From a virus (lineage: Duplodnaviria > Caudoviricetes): 39,764 bases of DNA. The notes beneath the pieces were generated by a model. The model did not search any database. It saw only the letters and a list, made by a program, of their open reading frames with translations, and was not told where the DNA came from. The stretch is from positions 1 to 39,764 of IMG/VR virus record IMGVR_UViG_3300005805_000190. The stretch is one strand, 5' to 3'. A program made the position numbers and the translations under genes. Shown here piece after piece: positions 1 through 9,474 of this stretch; the stretch's first letter is position 1, and each line of letters starts with the position of its first letter.

Positions 1-1
1 G

Positions 2-208
2 ATTCTTGCTGACAACTCAATCCGTGATTACAACCCACTCTTCCGTTATCTATATGATAATGTAGAAGGATTTGCGAATGGGTTTGTATCAACTGCGATT
101 CTTATTATCGCGGAATCACAATACAAAGATGCAATGGTAGTAGACCATGAAATTAATGCGATGGCAATGTTTATTCAACTTATTATGGAAATAGATCAAA
201 GGAAATAA
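2..208 (+). CDS. Clamp loader large subunit (T4 gp44 / RFC small subunit-like), C-terminal fragment, 5'-truncated by the window
   Basis: Not in the ORF track. My frame-2 translation reads ...LFRYLYDNVEGFANGFVSTAILIIAESQYKDAMVVDHEINAMAMFIQLIMEIDQRK*. The 'A-x-x-QY...D-x-EIN' pattern matches gp44/RFC C-termini, and a gp62-like gene follows. Confidence 0.8.
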   Translation: MLADNSIRDYNPLFRYLYDNVEGFANGFVSTAILIIAESQYKDAMVVDHEINAMAMFIQLIMEIDQRK

Positions 209-209
209 T

Positions 210-482
210 ATGAGCAATGTATTTGATATTGGTGGTGGTGTTCCACCACAACAGCCGAGTATGAATGTTGATTTAGCTAAGGCAGAAGATTTGGTTTGTG
301 AAAACTGTGGAAGCCACTTCTTCAATCTTGTCTTTATGTTTAAGAAGATTTCTGCACTTATGTCACCAAACGGAAAGCCAACAATGGCACCGATTGAAAC
401 ATTTGCATGTATCGAGTGTGGAACAGTTGCAAAAGAACTTTTACCAAAGGCATTGAAGAACGATGGCTCGCAACTTATTTGA
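210..482 (+). CDS. Small zinc-ribbon protein of unknown function
   Basis: Two CxxC pairs (CENC, CIEC); starts 1 nt after the upstream stop. Confidence 0.7.
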   Translation: MSNVFDIGGGVPPQQPSMNVDLAKAEDLVCENCGSHFFNLVFMFKKISALMSPNGKPTMAPIETFACIECGTVAKELLPKALKNDGSQLI

Positions 483-915
483 ACATATCAAGGGTGTGAC
501 CAAGGATAAAACTAAGTGGGAAACCCTTGCCGAAGAAGACCAAAAGACGTGGAACAACTTTATTATTACACGTTGGTTTTCTATGGAGATGGAATTAACG
601 GATGCCATGAACGACTTTCAAAGGTATAGTAATGGCATCCTAACTTCCAAAGATTATTACAAACTTCTATACGATGCTTTACCAAAGACATCTTTCTTCT
701 TAAAGTACATCAAACGTAAGAGTAAGATAGAAATAGATCAGGAATTTGTAGACGTGTTTACTAATCACTTTCAGCTTGGACGGAAAGTGATTTATGAGTA
801 TATTGTGGATCTGAATAAAACAAATCCAAATGAACTAGTATCAATACTTGAAATGTATGGTACAAAAAAAGAAGAAATAGAAAAGTTTAAGAAACAAATG
901 AAGACACTAAAATGA
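463..915 (+). CDS. Clamp loader small subunit (T4 gp62-like)
   Basis: NNFIITRWFSM...MNDFQ...YYKLLYDALPK...FLKYIK resembles gp62; size and position after gp44-like gene fit. Confidence 0.7.
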   Translation: MARNLFEHIKGVTKDKTKWETLAEEDQKTWNNFIITRWFSMEMELTDAMNDFQRYSNGILTSKDYYKLLYDALPKTSFFLKYIKRKSKIEIDQEFVDVFTNHFQLGRKVIYEYIVDLNKTNPNELVSILEMYGTKKEEIEKFKKQMKTLK

Positions 916-1304
916 GGACAACAAAGATGGCAATAAAAGAAATTGACTTGGGTAAGAAGAAAGATGAGAATGACATCGTTGCTCAAATGGAAGAAAAGTT
1001 TCCAATTATGACTACGGACTTCAAGAGAATTCAGCGTGAACAATACGAACTATTTTGCCGTAAGCAATCGAACTACGGACCAGATAACATTTCATTAGGA
1101 ACAACTCTTGAAAGAGAAAACGATAGAAAGTTATCGCTTCAAGGTTTGTTCTTCCGATTGAATGATAAAATCAATCGTTACAAGCAAATGATTATGTTTG
1201 GTTCAGTTGATGCCGTCGGTGAGTCACTCGAAGATACATTCAAAGACATTTCAGTTTACGGTATTATTGCGCAGCTCGTTCAAAACGGTAAGTGGGGTAA
1301 GTAA
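912..1304 (+). CDS. DUF1599 / nucleotide-modification-associated domain 1 (Nmad1-like) protein
   Basis: F-x-RK-x-x-NYG-x-x-N, R-x-x-DK-x-x-R and ES-x-EDT-x-x-D-x-x-x-YGII motifs. Confidence 0.75.
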   Translation: MRTTKMAIKEIDLGKKKDENDIVAQMEEKFPIMTTDFKRIQREQYELFCRKQSNYGPDNISLGTTLERENDRKLSLQGLFFRLNDKINRYKQMIMFGSVDAVGESLEDTFKDISVYGIIAQLVQNGKWGK

Positions 1305-2206
1305 TGTCATCCTCACGAATTTCCTTTTCACAATATCAAATGTGGAAGGGATGTCCTCATCGTTGGAAACTGAATTACATTGATAAAGTTTCTGTTCCTT
1401 CTCCATCCATTGCACTTGTCTTTGGCACGGCCATGCACGAAGTTCTTCAGATGTATGTAGAGATGTTATATCGTTCTACTGTTGAAGAGGCAAATTCACT
1501 TCCACTTGAAGACCTACTAAAAGAGAAGATGGGATTGGAATACAAGAAGATGTTAACTGAAAACAACAATGAACACTTTTCCCATCCAGATGAAATGCAA
1601 GAACATCTTATGGATGGTATTGAAATCATTCGTTGGTTCAAGGCGCATCGCGATGAATTCTTTATGAAGAAGGGGTGGGAACTTGTTGGTATAGAATTAC
1701 CAATCAATATCATACCACTCGAATCAAATCAAAATGTTCGTCTCGTTGGTTTTCTTGACTTGGTAATGCGAGATTTGAAAACTGGCAAGGTTCACATCTA
1801 CGATTTTAAAACATCAACAAGTGGTTGGAACAAATACACAAAGGCAGATAAAGTAAAAACATCACAACTTGTTTTGTACAAAACCTTTTATGCAAAACAA
1901 TTTGATATTCATCCTGATGATATTGAGATTGAGTATTTGATTCTCAAACGTAAGATTGATGAGAACGCAGAATATGCCGCGATGAGAAAACGTGTTCAAC
2001 GATTCGCTCCTTCTCATGGTAAGGTTTCACAAACACAAATCCTAAAAGAGATTCAAACATTTGTTCAAACTGCATTTGATTCAGAAGGTAACAAGAGAAC
2101 AGACATTTACTATCCTGCAATTGAAGGTGAGAAAGCTAAGAATTGCCGATGGTGTGAGTTCAAGGATAAAGATGATTTATGTCCAAAACAAAATAGGGTT
2201 CAATAA
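1304..2206 (+). CDS. PD-(D/E)XK exonuclease (RecB/Cas4-like) with probable Fe-S cysteines
   Basis: S-F-S...CP, FGTAMH, E, GFLDL, IYDFKT, QLVLY, and C-terminal CRWC...C. Confidence 0.85.
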   Translation: MSSSRISFSQYQMWKGCPHRWKLNYIDKVSVPSPSIALVFGTAMHEVLQMYVEMLYRSTVEEANSLPLEDLLKEKMGLEYKKMLTENNNEHFSHPDEMQEHLMDGIEIIRWFKAHRDEFFMKKGWELVGIELPINIIPLESNQNVRLVGFLDLVMRDLKTGKVHIYDFKTSTSGWNKYTKADKVKTSQLVLYKTFYAKQFDIHPDDIEIEYLILKRKIDENAEYAAMRKRVQRFAPSHGKVSQTQILKEIQTFVQTAFDSEGNKRTDIYYPAIEGEKAKNCRWCEFKDKDDLCPKQNRVQ

Positions 2207-3237
2207 TGAAGTACGCATATACATTCGATGATATTCAAATTATTCCAAAGTATAGTGAAGTGGAATCTCGTAGTCAATGTAATCTAACTACAAGATTTAC
2301 AAAGCAATATAAACTAGGTACACCACTTGTTTCTTCACCGATGGACACCGTGACGGAATATGATATGGCACTTGCAATTGCATCACATGGTGGAGTTGGT
2401 ATTCTTCATAGATTCATGTCTATTGAAAAACAATCTAACCAAGTTCGTAAGATCAAGGAACAGGAAAAGTTAGTTTCAGCAGCTATTGGTGCAACAGGTG
2501 ATTACAAAGAACGTGCACAGGAACTTGTAAATGCTGGCGCAATTGTTCTTCTTATTGATGTTGCTCATGGTAACACAAAACAAGTAAGAGATGCAATTGT
2601 TTGGTGTAAAGAAAATCTTCCAAACTATGTGGATGTTATTGCAGGTAATGTTGCAACTTATGAAGGTGCAAAAAATCTGGCAGAGTGGGGAGCTGATGCA
2701 ATTCGTGTTGGTATTGGAAATGGTTCTCTTTGTGAAACAAGAATCAGAACTGGTATCGGCATTCCACAAGTGACTGCACTTATGGAGTCTATTCGTGCAG
2801 TAGAAGAATCAGGAATTGATGTTCCTATTATTGCAGACGGTGGAATTAAAATGACGGGTGATGTTGCAAAGGCATTATCACTTGGTGCAGACTCTGTTAT
2901 GATTGGTTCACTTCTCGCAGGTACTCGTGAATCACCTGGTGAAATTCAAAGAATGGGGATGTGGCCAAACGAACAACTCTTCAAGAAGTACCGTGGTTCT
3001 GCATCAGCTGAAGTAAAACAAGTTCATGGTTTAGAAGAAAAGAACGTGGAAGGAAATTCAAAGTTGATTCCGTACAAGGGTAAGGTTGAACGAATCATAA
3101 GTGACATCAGTGATGGTGTTCGTTCTTCAATGTCTTATGTTGATGCATCAACAATCGAGCAATTCCACGCTAAGTCCGAACACGTACTCATTACACAAAA
3201 TGGTTTGATTGAAGCTAAACCACACTTGTTATTGTAA
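2206..3237 (+). CDS. GMP reductase / IMP dehydrogenase family oxidoreductase without CBS domains (GMP reductase favoured)
   Basis: TFDD, SSPMDTVT, IDVAHG, AGNVAT, GIGNGSLCETR (catalytic Cys), IIADGG, YRGSAS...KNVEG. Confidence 0.9.
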   Translation: MKYAYTFDDIQIIPKYSEVESRSQCNLTTRFTKQYKLGTPLVSSPMDTVTEYDMALAIASHGGVGILHRFMSIEKQSNQVRKIKEQEKLVSAAIGATGDYKERAQELVNAGAIVLLIDVAHGNTKQVRDAIVWCKENLPNYVDVIAGNVATYEGAKNLAEWGADAIRVGIGNGSLCETRIRTGIGIPQVTALMESIRAVEESGIDVPIIADGGIKMTGDVAKALSLGADSVMIGSLLAGTRESPGEIQRMGMWPNEQLFKKYRGSASAEVKQVHGLEEKNVEGNSKLIPYKGKVERIISDISDGVRSSMSYVDASTIEQFHAKSEHVLITQNGLIEAKPHLLL

Positions 3238-3255
3238 TCCTTTTTTCGTATATTG
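3226..3255 (+). promoter_or_regulatory. Host-sigma-type promoter TTG-N20-TATATTG upstream of the glycosylation operon
   Basis: TTGttattgtaatccttttttcgTATATTG; identical spacing at five other sites. Confidence 0.6.
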
Positions 3256-3263
3256 ATATTTAT
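3256..3263 (+). promoter_or_regulatory. ATATTTAT motif, putative phage late promoter
   Basis: The same octamer lies shortly upstream of genes at 17584, 19753, 29459 and 36791(-). Confidence 0.5.
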
Positions 3264-3296
3264 TGAAAACAAAAGTTTCGTAATTAAAGGTTTTGT

Positions 3297-4700
3297 ATGG
3301 CAAAGAAAAAGATTCTACTACTGTCAGACGATTTACGTCTAACCAGTGGCATTGCAACTGTTTCCCGTGATATAGTTATTGGTACTTGTCATAAGTATGA
3401 TTGGGTTCAAGTTGGTGCCGCAATTAATCATCCAGATAAGGGAAAGGTTCTTGACTTATCTCAAGATGCAAAAGAACTTACGGGTGTCCAAGATGCATCT
3501 GTAAAAATTTACTGTAATGATGGTTATGGTGATCCACTTTTAATTCGTCGTCTGATAGAATCAGAAAAACCAGATGCAATTCTGCACTTCACAGATCCTC
3601 GATTTTGGGACTGGTTATACTCGATGGAACATGAAATTCGTACAAAGATTCCATTGTTGTATCTAAATATTTGGGATGACATTCCAGATCCAATGTGGAA
3701 CAAAGAAGCATACGGAAGTTGTGACTTGCTCATGGCTATTTCAAAACAAACATATGGAATCAACCATAGAGTTCTTACTCGATTCGGCCAAGAGACTCCA
3801 CCTCATCGTATCACATATGTTCCTCATGGTGTAAATACTGATATGTTTTATCCAATTGTTTCTGGTGATAAATCTTGGGAACCACTTGTCCAAGAATCAA
3901 AAAAGATTCGGGGAAATAACGATAATAAGTTCGTCGTGTTCTGGAATAACAGAAATATCCACCGTAAACATCCAGGCAATATTATTTTGGCTTACAACCA
4001 TATGTGTGAACAAATTGATAAAAATGGTGGGAATGCGGCAGAAGATTGCATATTGTTAATGCACACACAACCAATAGATCAAAATGGAACAGACTTGACT
4101 GCGGTTGCTGAAGAGTTATGTTCAAAATATCCGGTTATGTTTAGTGATAAGATCTTGTCAACAGAAGCGATGAACATTTTGTATAATGCGGCAGACGTTA
4201 CTATCAACATGGCTTCTAATGAAGGATTTGGTATATCTACGGTTGAATCAATTTCAGCAGGAACTCCAATCATTGTAAACGTAACAGGTGGTATGCAAGA
4301 TCACTGTGGTTTCATCAATCCAAAGACGGGTAAGTATTTCTCAGCTGAAGATTATGTAGAAGTAAAAACACTTCACAGAAAAGAAGAATGGTCAACACTT
4401 CAACATGGTGAATGGGTAAAGCCAGTTTGGCCGTCAAACATTTCACTTCAAGGTTCTGTTCCAACACCATACATATTTGATGATCGGGCAGATTATCGCG
4501 ATGTTGGTAATGCACTTTACGAATGGTATGGTATGTCAAAAGAAGATAGAGTAAAGTGTGGACTTAAGGGTAGAGAATATATCATGGATCCACAAGTAGG
4601 AATGAGTAGAGAACTTATGTCAGAAAGAATAGTGGAAAGTATTGATGGCATATTCCAAAACTTCAAAACAAGAAATCGTTACGAATTACATTTAGTGTGA
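3297..4700 (+). CDS. Glycosyltransferase, GT-B fold (GT4-like)
   Basis: KILLLSDD...SGIA, YVPHGV, NRN-x-x-RK, YNAAD...SNEGFG...ES...GTPII...GG. Confidence 0.9.
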   Translation: MAKKKILLLSDDLRLTSGIATVSRDIVIGTCHKYDWVQVGAAINHPDKGKVLDLSQDAKELTGVQDASVKIYCNDGYGDPLLIRRLIESEKPDAILHFTDPRFWDWLYSMEHEIRTKIPLLYLNIWDDIPDPMWNKEAYGSCDLLMAISKQTYGINHRVLTRFGQETPPHRITYVPHGVNTDMFYPIVSGDKSWEPLVQESKKIRGNNDNKFVVFWNNRNIHRKHPGNIILAYNHMCEQIDKNGGNAAEDCILLMHTQPIDQNGTDLTAVAEELCSKYPVMFSDKILSTEAMNILYNAADVTINMASNEGFGISTVESISAGTPIIVNVTGGMQDHCGFINPKTGKYFSAEDYVEVKTLHRKEEWSTLQHGEWVKPVWPSNISLQGSVPTPYIFDDRADYRDVGNALYEWYGMSKEDRVKCGLKGREYIMDPQVGMSRELMSERIVESIDGIFQNFKTRNRYELHLV

Positions 4701-4707
4701 GGTAAAA

Positions 4708-6015
4708 ATGAGTTATAAACCGGAGTTAGTATTTTGTGGACCAGTCGCAACACGATCTGGATATGGTGAACATTCCAGAGATCTATTACTTTCATTAATC
4801 GAAATGGATAGATTTAATGTCAGTGTTATTTCAATCAATTGGGGTGAAACTCCAATGAATGCACTTGACCCAGAAAATGAAGATCACAAGAAAATTCTAT
4901 CCCGTATCAAAATGGGAAATCTTACACAACAGCCAGACATTTGGGTTCAGTGTACAATTCCAAACGAATTCCAACCAGTTGGTAAATACAATATAGGAAT
5001 TACTGCTGGTATAGAAACTTCTCTTTGTTCGGGAGAATGGATTGAAGGATGTAATAGAATGAATCTCGTTTTGGTTCCATCAAAACACGCCAAAGATATT
5101 TTCATGAATACCAAATATGAAAAGCGAGACAAGTCAACAAACCAAACAATTGGTGGAGTGGAAATCACAGTGCCTATTGAAATTCTCCATGAAGGTGTTA
5201 GAACGGATGTGTTTAACAAAGATCTGGTTCCAGAATCAAATATGAAAGAAACCTTAGATAATATCAAAGAAGACTTCTGTTATCTATTCGTTGGTCATTG
5301 GTTAAAGGGTGACTTCGGTCAAGATAGAAAAGATTTATCAGGATTGATTTATACATTCTTAGAAACATTCGGGGATACAGAAGATCAACCTGCACTTCTA
5401 TTAAAATCATCAGGTGGAACATTCTCAATTAAAGATAGAAGTAATATCTTGGATAAAATAAAACTTATAAAGGGAATGACTAAAAAGAAGAACTTGCCAA
5501 ACATTTATCTTCTACACGGTGATTTAACTGAGTCTGAATTAAACACATTGTACAATCATGATAAGGTTAAGGCTCTTGTCTCATTTACAAAGGGAGAAGG
5601 CTACGGAAGACCTATTGCAGAATTTATCACATCTGGAAAACCAGTTATTGTTTCTGGATGGAGTGGCCATGTTGATTTCGTAAATCCTGCATTCCACACA
5701 TACCTTTCAGGTGAATTAAAACAGGTTGATAGTTCTGCCGTTTGGAATGGTATTATACAAGAAGAATCGTCTTGGTTTACAGTTGACTATCAAAAGGCGG
5801 CTGAAACACTTCGGGACGTTTATAAAAAATACAAGAACTATCTATCTAATTCAAAGAAGTCTGTAAAAGAAATAGAAACAAAGTGGTCATATGAATCCAT
5901 GAAACAAAAGTTTTCTGAAATGTTAGATGGTTATTTACCTAAGTTTGCAGAAAAAGTTTCACTGAACTTACCGCAACTAAAGAAACTTCCAACACTAAGA
6001 AAGATTGAAAAATAA
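4708..6015 (+). CDS. Glycosyltransferase, GT-B fold (GT4-like)
   Basis: SGYG, VPS-x-H, HEGV, FVG...RK, KGEGYGRPIAE...GKPVIVSGWSG. Confidence 0.9.
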   Translation: MSYKPELVFCGPVATRSGYGEHSRDLLLSLIEMDRFNVSVISINWGETPMNALDPENEDHKKILSRIKMGNLTQQPDIWVQCTIPNEFQPVGKYNIGITAGIETSLCSGEWIEGCNRMNLVLVPSKHAKDIFMNTKYEKRDKSTNQTIGGVEITVPIEILHEGVRTDVFNKDLVPESNMKETLDNIKEDFCYLFVGHWLKGDFGQDRKDLSGLIYTFLETFGDTEDQPALLLKSSGGTFSIKDRSNILDKIKLIKGMTKKKNLPNIYLLHGDLTESELNTLYNHDKVKALVSFTKGEGYGRPIAEFITSGKPVIVSGWSGHVDFVNPAFHTYLSGELKQVDSSAVWNGIIQEESSWFTVDYQKAAETLRDVYKKYKNYLSNSKKSVKEIETKWSYESMKQKFSEMLDGYLPKFAEKVSLNLPQLKKLPTLRKIEK

Positions 6016-6641
6016 TGATTTCATATACAGTAACCGCGTGCAATGAACATACAGAGTTGAATACTTTGTTGGAGTTCTTGATTAGAAATATATCAATCGA
6101 AGACGAAATTGTACTACAACTAGACTCAGAAAAAGTTACAGAAGAAGTTAGAGATGTTGCAAAGAAATATAAAGATCTCAACAAACAAGTAAATGTAATA
6201 GAGTTTCCTTTGAATAATGATTTTTCTTCATTCAAAAATAATTTGAGAAGTCACTGCACAAAAGAATGGATATTCAATATTGATGCAGATGAAATGCCTT
6301 CTGGGTTTATAGTCGATAATCTCCACGCGATAGTTACTTCAAATGATAAAGTTGAAGTCTTCATTGTTCCGAGATGGAATACTGTGGAGGGAATAACACC
6401 AGAACATATAGATAAATGGAAATGGAATTACGATGAATTTGGAAGAATCAATTGGCCAGACTGGCAAATGAGGTTGTACAAAAACACAGATAACATAGTT
6501 TGGAAAAATAAAGTCCACGAACAATTAGACGGATTCACAACATACTCATTTTTTCCAGATGAAAAAGAATATTGTTTGTTCCATAATAAAACAATAGAAC
6601 GCCAAGAAGAACAAAACGATCTTTATAGTAAGATGGTGTAA
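6015..6641 (+). CDS. Glycosyltransferase family 2-like (GT-A)
   Basis: ISY-x-VT-x-CNE, DFS-x-x-KN, WIF-x-IDADE, PD-x-Q-x-R, VHE. Confidence 0.85.
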   Translation: MISYTVTACNEHTELNTLLEFLIRNISIEDEIVLQLDSEKVTEEVRDVAKKYKDLNKQVNVIEFPLNNDFSSFKNNLRSHCTKEWIFNIDADEMPSGFIVDNLHAIVTSNDKVEVFIVPRWNTVEGITPEHIDKWKWNYDEFGRINWPDWQMRLYKNTDNIVWKNKVHEQLDGFTTYSFFPDEKEYCLFHNKTIERQEEQNDLYSKMV

Positions 6642-6642
6642 A

Positions 6643-7410
6643 ATGACTAATCTGTTAATTGGTGCAATAAGTGGGAACTATAATGTAACTGATGTACAAA
6701 GATGGCTAGAATCATCTGATAACTTTGATGTCCAAAGGGTTCTGTTTCTTTACAATGATGAAAACTCAGAGTTGAAGAATTACTTACTCTCAAAGAATGT
6801 AAATGTTATAGTTCCAACTTATAGTTCATATAATGAAGAAGTAAAACGGTTTGAAACAAATACCGGCACGATGACGATTGCCAGTTCATATGAACTAATA
6901 CACAACGTAAGATTTTATCACATATGGCAATATCTTTCGGAATTTGATGATAATATTCAAAAGGTATTGATAACCGATGTTAGAGATGTTTATTTTAACA
7001 GTGATCCATTTCAGAAAATACCATCAGATAAAATAATCGCATCGAGTGAAGTTATAAAGTATGAACAAGAAAAATGGAATGAACGTCACTTATATAATAA
7101 CTTAACTATGATCGGGTATCAACAACTAATATCAAGCGAAGTATATAACGTCGGTGTGTTTGGTGGAAATCCACAAATGGTTAGAGATATATGTGCGGAT
7201 ATATATTTGATGTCAGTTGGTAAACCATTGGTTGCAGATCAAACATCATTTAATTACTTGATACAAACATCTCATAAAGATAAAGTTTTATTTACTGATT
7301 TAAAAGATAAGTTTGCGGTTCATCTTCATGTTGTTGCAAACGGAATGGTTCCATTTGATTTGTCAACTCTTAAAGAATATCTAATAGTTCATCAATACGA
7401 TAGGTTATGA
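6643..7410 (+). CDS. GT-A-fold nucleotide-diphospho-sugar transferase-like protein
   Basis: R-F...VLITDVRDVYF-x-x-DPF, N-x-GV-x-GG, DQ-x-x-FN, IVHQYDR. Confidence 0.7.
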   Translation: MTNLLIGAISGNYNVTDVQRWLESSDNFDVQRVLFLYNDENSELKNYLLSKNVNVIVPTYSSYNEEVKRFETNTGTMTIASSYELIHNVRFYHIWQYLSEFDDNIQKVLITDVRDVYFNSDPFQKIPSDKIIASSEVIKYEQEKWNERHLYNNLTMIGYQQLISSEVYNVGVFGGNPQMVRDICADIYLMSVGKPLVADQTSFNYLIQTSHKDKVLFTDLKDKFAVHLHVVANGMVPFDLSTLKEYLIVHQYDRL

Positions 7411-8138
7411 AATACTCTATAATAATACCATACAGAAATAGAGAAGAACATTTACAAATTCTTATACCAAGATTACAGGAATTATTCAAAGATGAGTCAT
7501 ATGAAATAATTGTATCGGAGCAAGACAACGATGACAATTTTCAAATTGCCTGTGTTGAGAACGTAGGTTATAATCATTCCAAAGGTGATATTATAATACT
7601 ACATCAGGTGGATTATTATCCGCTCGATGATGTTTCATATGAAGTAGAAGATATTCCTGTACTGCCTGCAAGACGTGGTATCTTTGTTGATAAAGATAAT
7701 AAAACAGAAAGAAGTTATTATGATATACCAGCTGGTTATCGTAAGTGGTCAACTGAAATAGATCCTAACTTTTATGGTGGAGTTATTTGTATGAAACGAG
7801 AACACTATGAGCAGATCAATGGATTAAATCCATTATATAAAGGTTGGGGAAATGAGGATGAGGATTTAAGAGAACGATTTGTGTGGGCAGGAATACCTGT
7901 TAAAAGAAATCAAGACGGAACTTTTTTATGCCTGTATCATGAAGACAATGGTGACATGAGTAAGAAGGATGAATCTGGTCGCAAGGACTTTTTTGAAGGA
8001 AGAGATTACTTCTATGAAAAAGCTTTTCATGATAGACACATTGGACATAAAAACTTATTAGCCGATGTTGAAGAAATGGAAACTGATATTGAAAACGTTC
8101 GATGGATTAAAAGTAAAAACTATAAGGTCATTAAATGA
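7407..8138 (+). CDS. Beta-1,4-galactosyltransferase-like glycosyltransferase (GT7/GT2)
   Basis: IIIPYRNREEHL, EQ...F, FYGGV, INGLN...GWGNEDEDL. The usual HDVD motif reads HQVD. Confidence 0.85.
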   Translation: MKYSIIIPYRNREEHLQILIPRLQELFKDESYEIIVSEQDNDDNFQIACVENVGYNHSKGDIIILHQVDYYPLDDVSYEVEDIPVLPARRGIFVDKDNKTERSYYDIPAGYRKWSTEIDPNFYGGVICMKREHYEQINGLNPLYKGWGNEDEDLRERFVWAGIPVKRNQDGTFLCLYHEDNGDMSKKDESGRKDFFEGRDYFYEKAFHDRHIGHKNLLADVEEMETDIENVRWIKSKNYKVIK

Positions 8139-9100
8139 GAAAACTAAATGTTTACAGCTTCCACAGAAACATTGATTCTTTTAGATTTGATGCACACAAC
8201 ACTCACAACTTGATAGAAAAACTTAGTAAAAGATATGATGTGGTTTGGCACAACAAAGATGGGTCAGACCATTTTCATTATATAAATGATTGTGATGTAT
8301 TAATAAATCAAGGATCAATCCTTATATTTGAATTTGATGATACAAAAGAATTTATGACATTTGATTTTGGAGATTCTCCATCATTGACCGTATCACTTTC
8401 AAAGTCAAGTAAGTTTATTGGTGCATCAATAGGACAATACAACAAAAAACTTTGGGATGATGTAATATCAAATCCAATTGTAAGAGAAAAGATAAAACCA
8501 TCTGTATATCCAGAAACTTGTTGGAACTTTGGTATAGAAAATTTCTCACAGATTCAAGAGTATAGAAATTCAATTGATTTAGACACCCGTCTTTATTGGA
8601 GAGGTAGTACATATAAGAATCATCCAAATCCACAATACAACGGAGTTAGAGACTCAATAGAACATATTTACAAAATGATGCCTGAGTTTTATTTTGGTTA
8701 TCATCCAATACCATTTGACAATTATATACAAGAGTCAATTGGATTTAAATTAGTTCTTGGATTTGGTGGAGGTGGTGGATATTTGTGTGGAGATTTTTGT
8801 TTTAGAGATATTGAAATGTTTGGATTAGGAATACCAGTTATTCGACCTAAATTTGTTGCAGAAACAACAGACCCACTCATACCAAATGTTCACTACATTG
8901 CAGTTGACTGTGAATTTGATGATATGTTTAGATACAAAAATCCAGAACAATTGGCAACAGATATAGTTAACAGATACAACGAGGTTATAAATGACGACGA
9001 ACTTTTATCAAGTGTTGTAAATAACGCAAGAAATTGGTATATTAAAAACATCAGTTCTGAAAATATTACAAACAAAATTATGGAATCGCTTGGCTTATGA
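8135..9100 (+). CDS. Putative glycosyltransferase (GT-B-like C-terminal domain)
   Basis: LYWRGS, CFRDIE-x-x-x-x-G-x-P, PLIP-x-x-HYI, NAR-x-WY; sits within the GT operon. Confidence 0.55.
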   Translation: MRKLNVYSFHRNIDSFRFDAHNTHNLIEKLSKRYDVVWHNKDGSDHFHYINDCDVLINQGSILIFEFDDTKEFMTFDFGDSPSLTVSLSKSSKFIGASIGQYNKKLWDDVISNPIVREKIKPSVYPETCWNFGIENFSQIQEYRNSIDLDTRLYWRGSTYKNHPNPQYNGVRDSIEHIYKMMPEFYFGYHPIPFDNYIQESIGFKLVLGFGGGGGYLCGDFCFRDIEMFGLGIPVIRPKFVAETTDPLIPNVHYIAVDCEFDDMFRYKNPEQLATDIVNRYNEVINDDELLSSVVNNARNWYIKNISSENITNKIMESLGL

Positions 9101-9474
9101 AAATAGAAGTATCAAATGGTGAGATATTAGATAAGCTGTCTATACTCCAAATAAAATCAACAAAGTTTAATGATATTTACAAGTTATCAAACGTGGAAAA
9201 TGAAAGACGAGTTCTTTTACCTATGTATGATTTAATAGCAACAACATCGGAGATACGTCAGAAGTTTCACGATCTTATTAATATCAATTCAAAACTTTGG
9301 GACATTGAAGACATGATTCGTATAAAAGAACAAAGAAAAGAGTTTGATGAAGAATTTATTGAGTTAGCAAGATCCGTCTACAAGACTAATGATATACGTG
9401 CTGAGATCAAACGAGATATAAACCTTTTATCAAATTCAAACTTGATTGAAGAAAAATCATATGCAGAATACTAA
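9097..9474 (+). CDS. DUF6165-like helical protein often associated with GT genes
   Basis: EVS-x-GE-x-x-DK-x-x-IL-x-IK, N-x-x-LWDIED-x-x-R, LAR-x-VY-x-x-ND-x-R-x-x-IK, EEKSY. Confidence 0.7.
   Translation: MKIEVSNGEILDKLSILQIKSTKFNDIYKLSNVENERRVLLPMYDLIATTSEIRQKFHDLININSKLWDIEDMIRIKEQRKEFDEEFIELARSVYKTNDIRAEIKRDINLLSNSNLIEEKSYAEY

Noticed and set aside
1304-2206. Cas4 of a CRISPR-Cas system
   Set aside because: No repeat-spacer array or other cas genes seen; stand-alone Cas4/RecB-like nucleases are common in phage replication modules.
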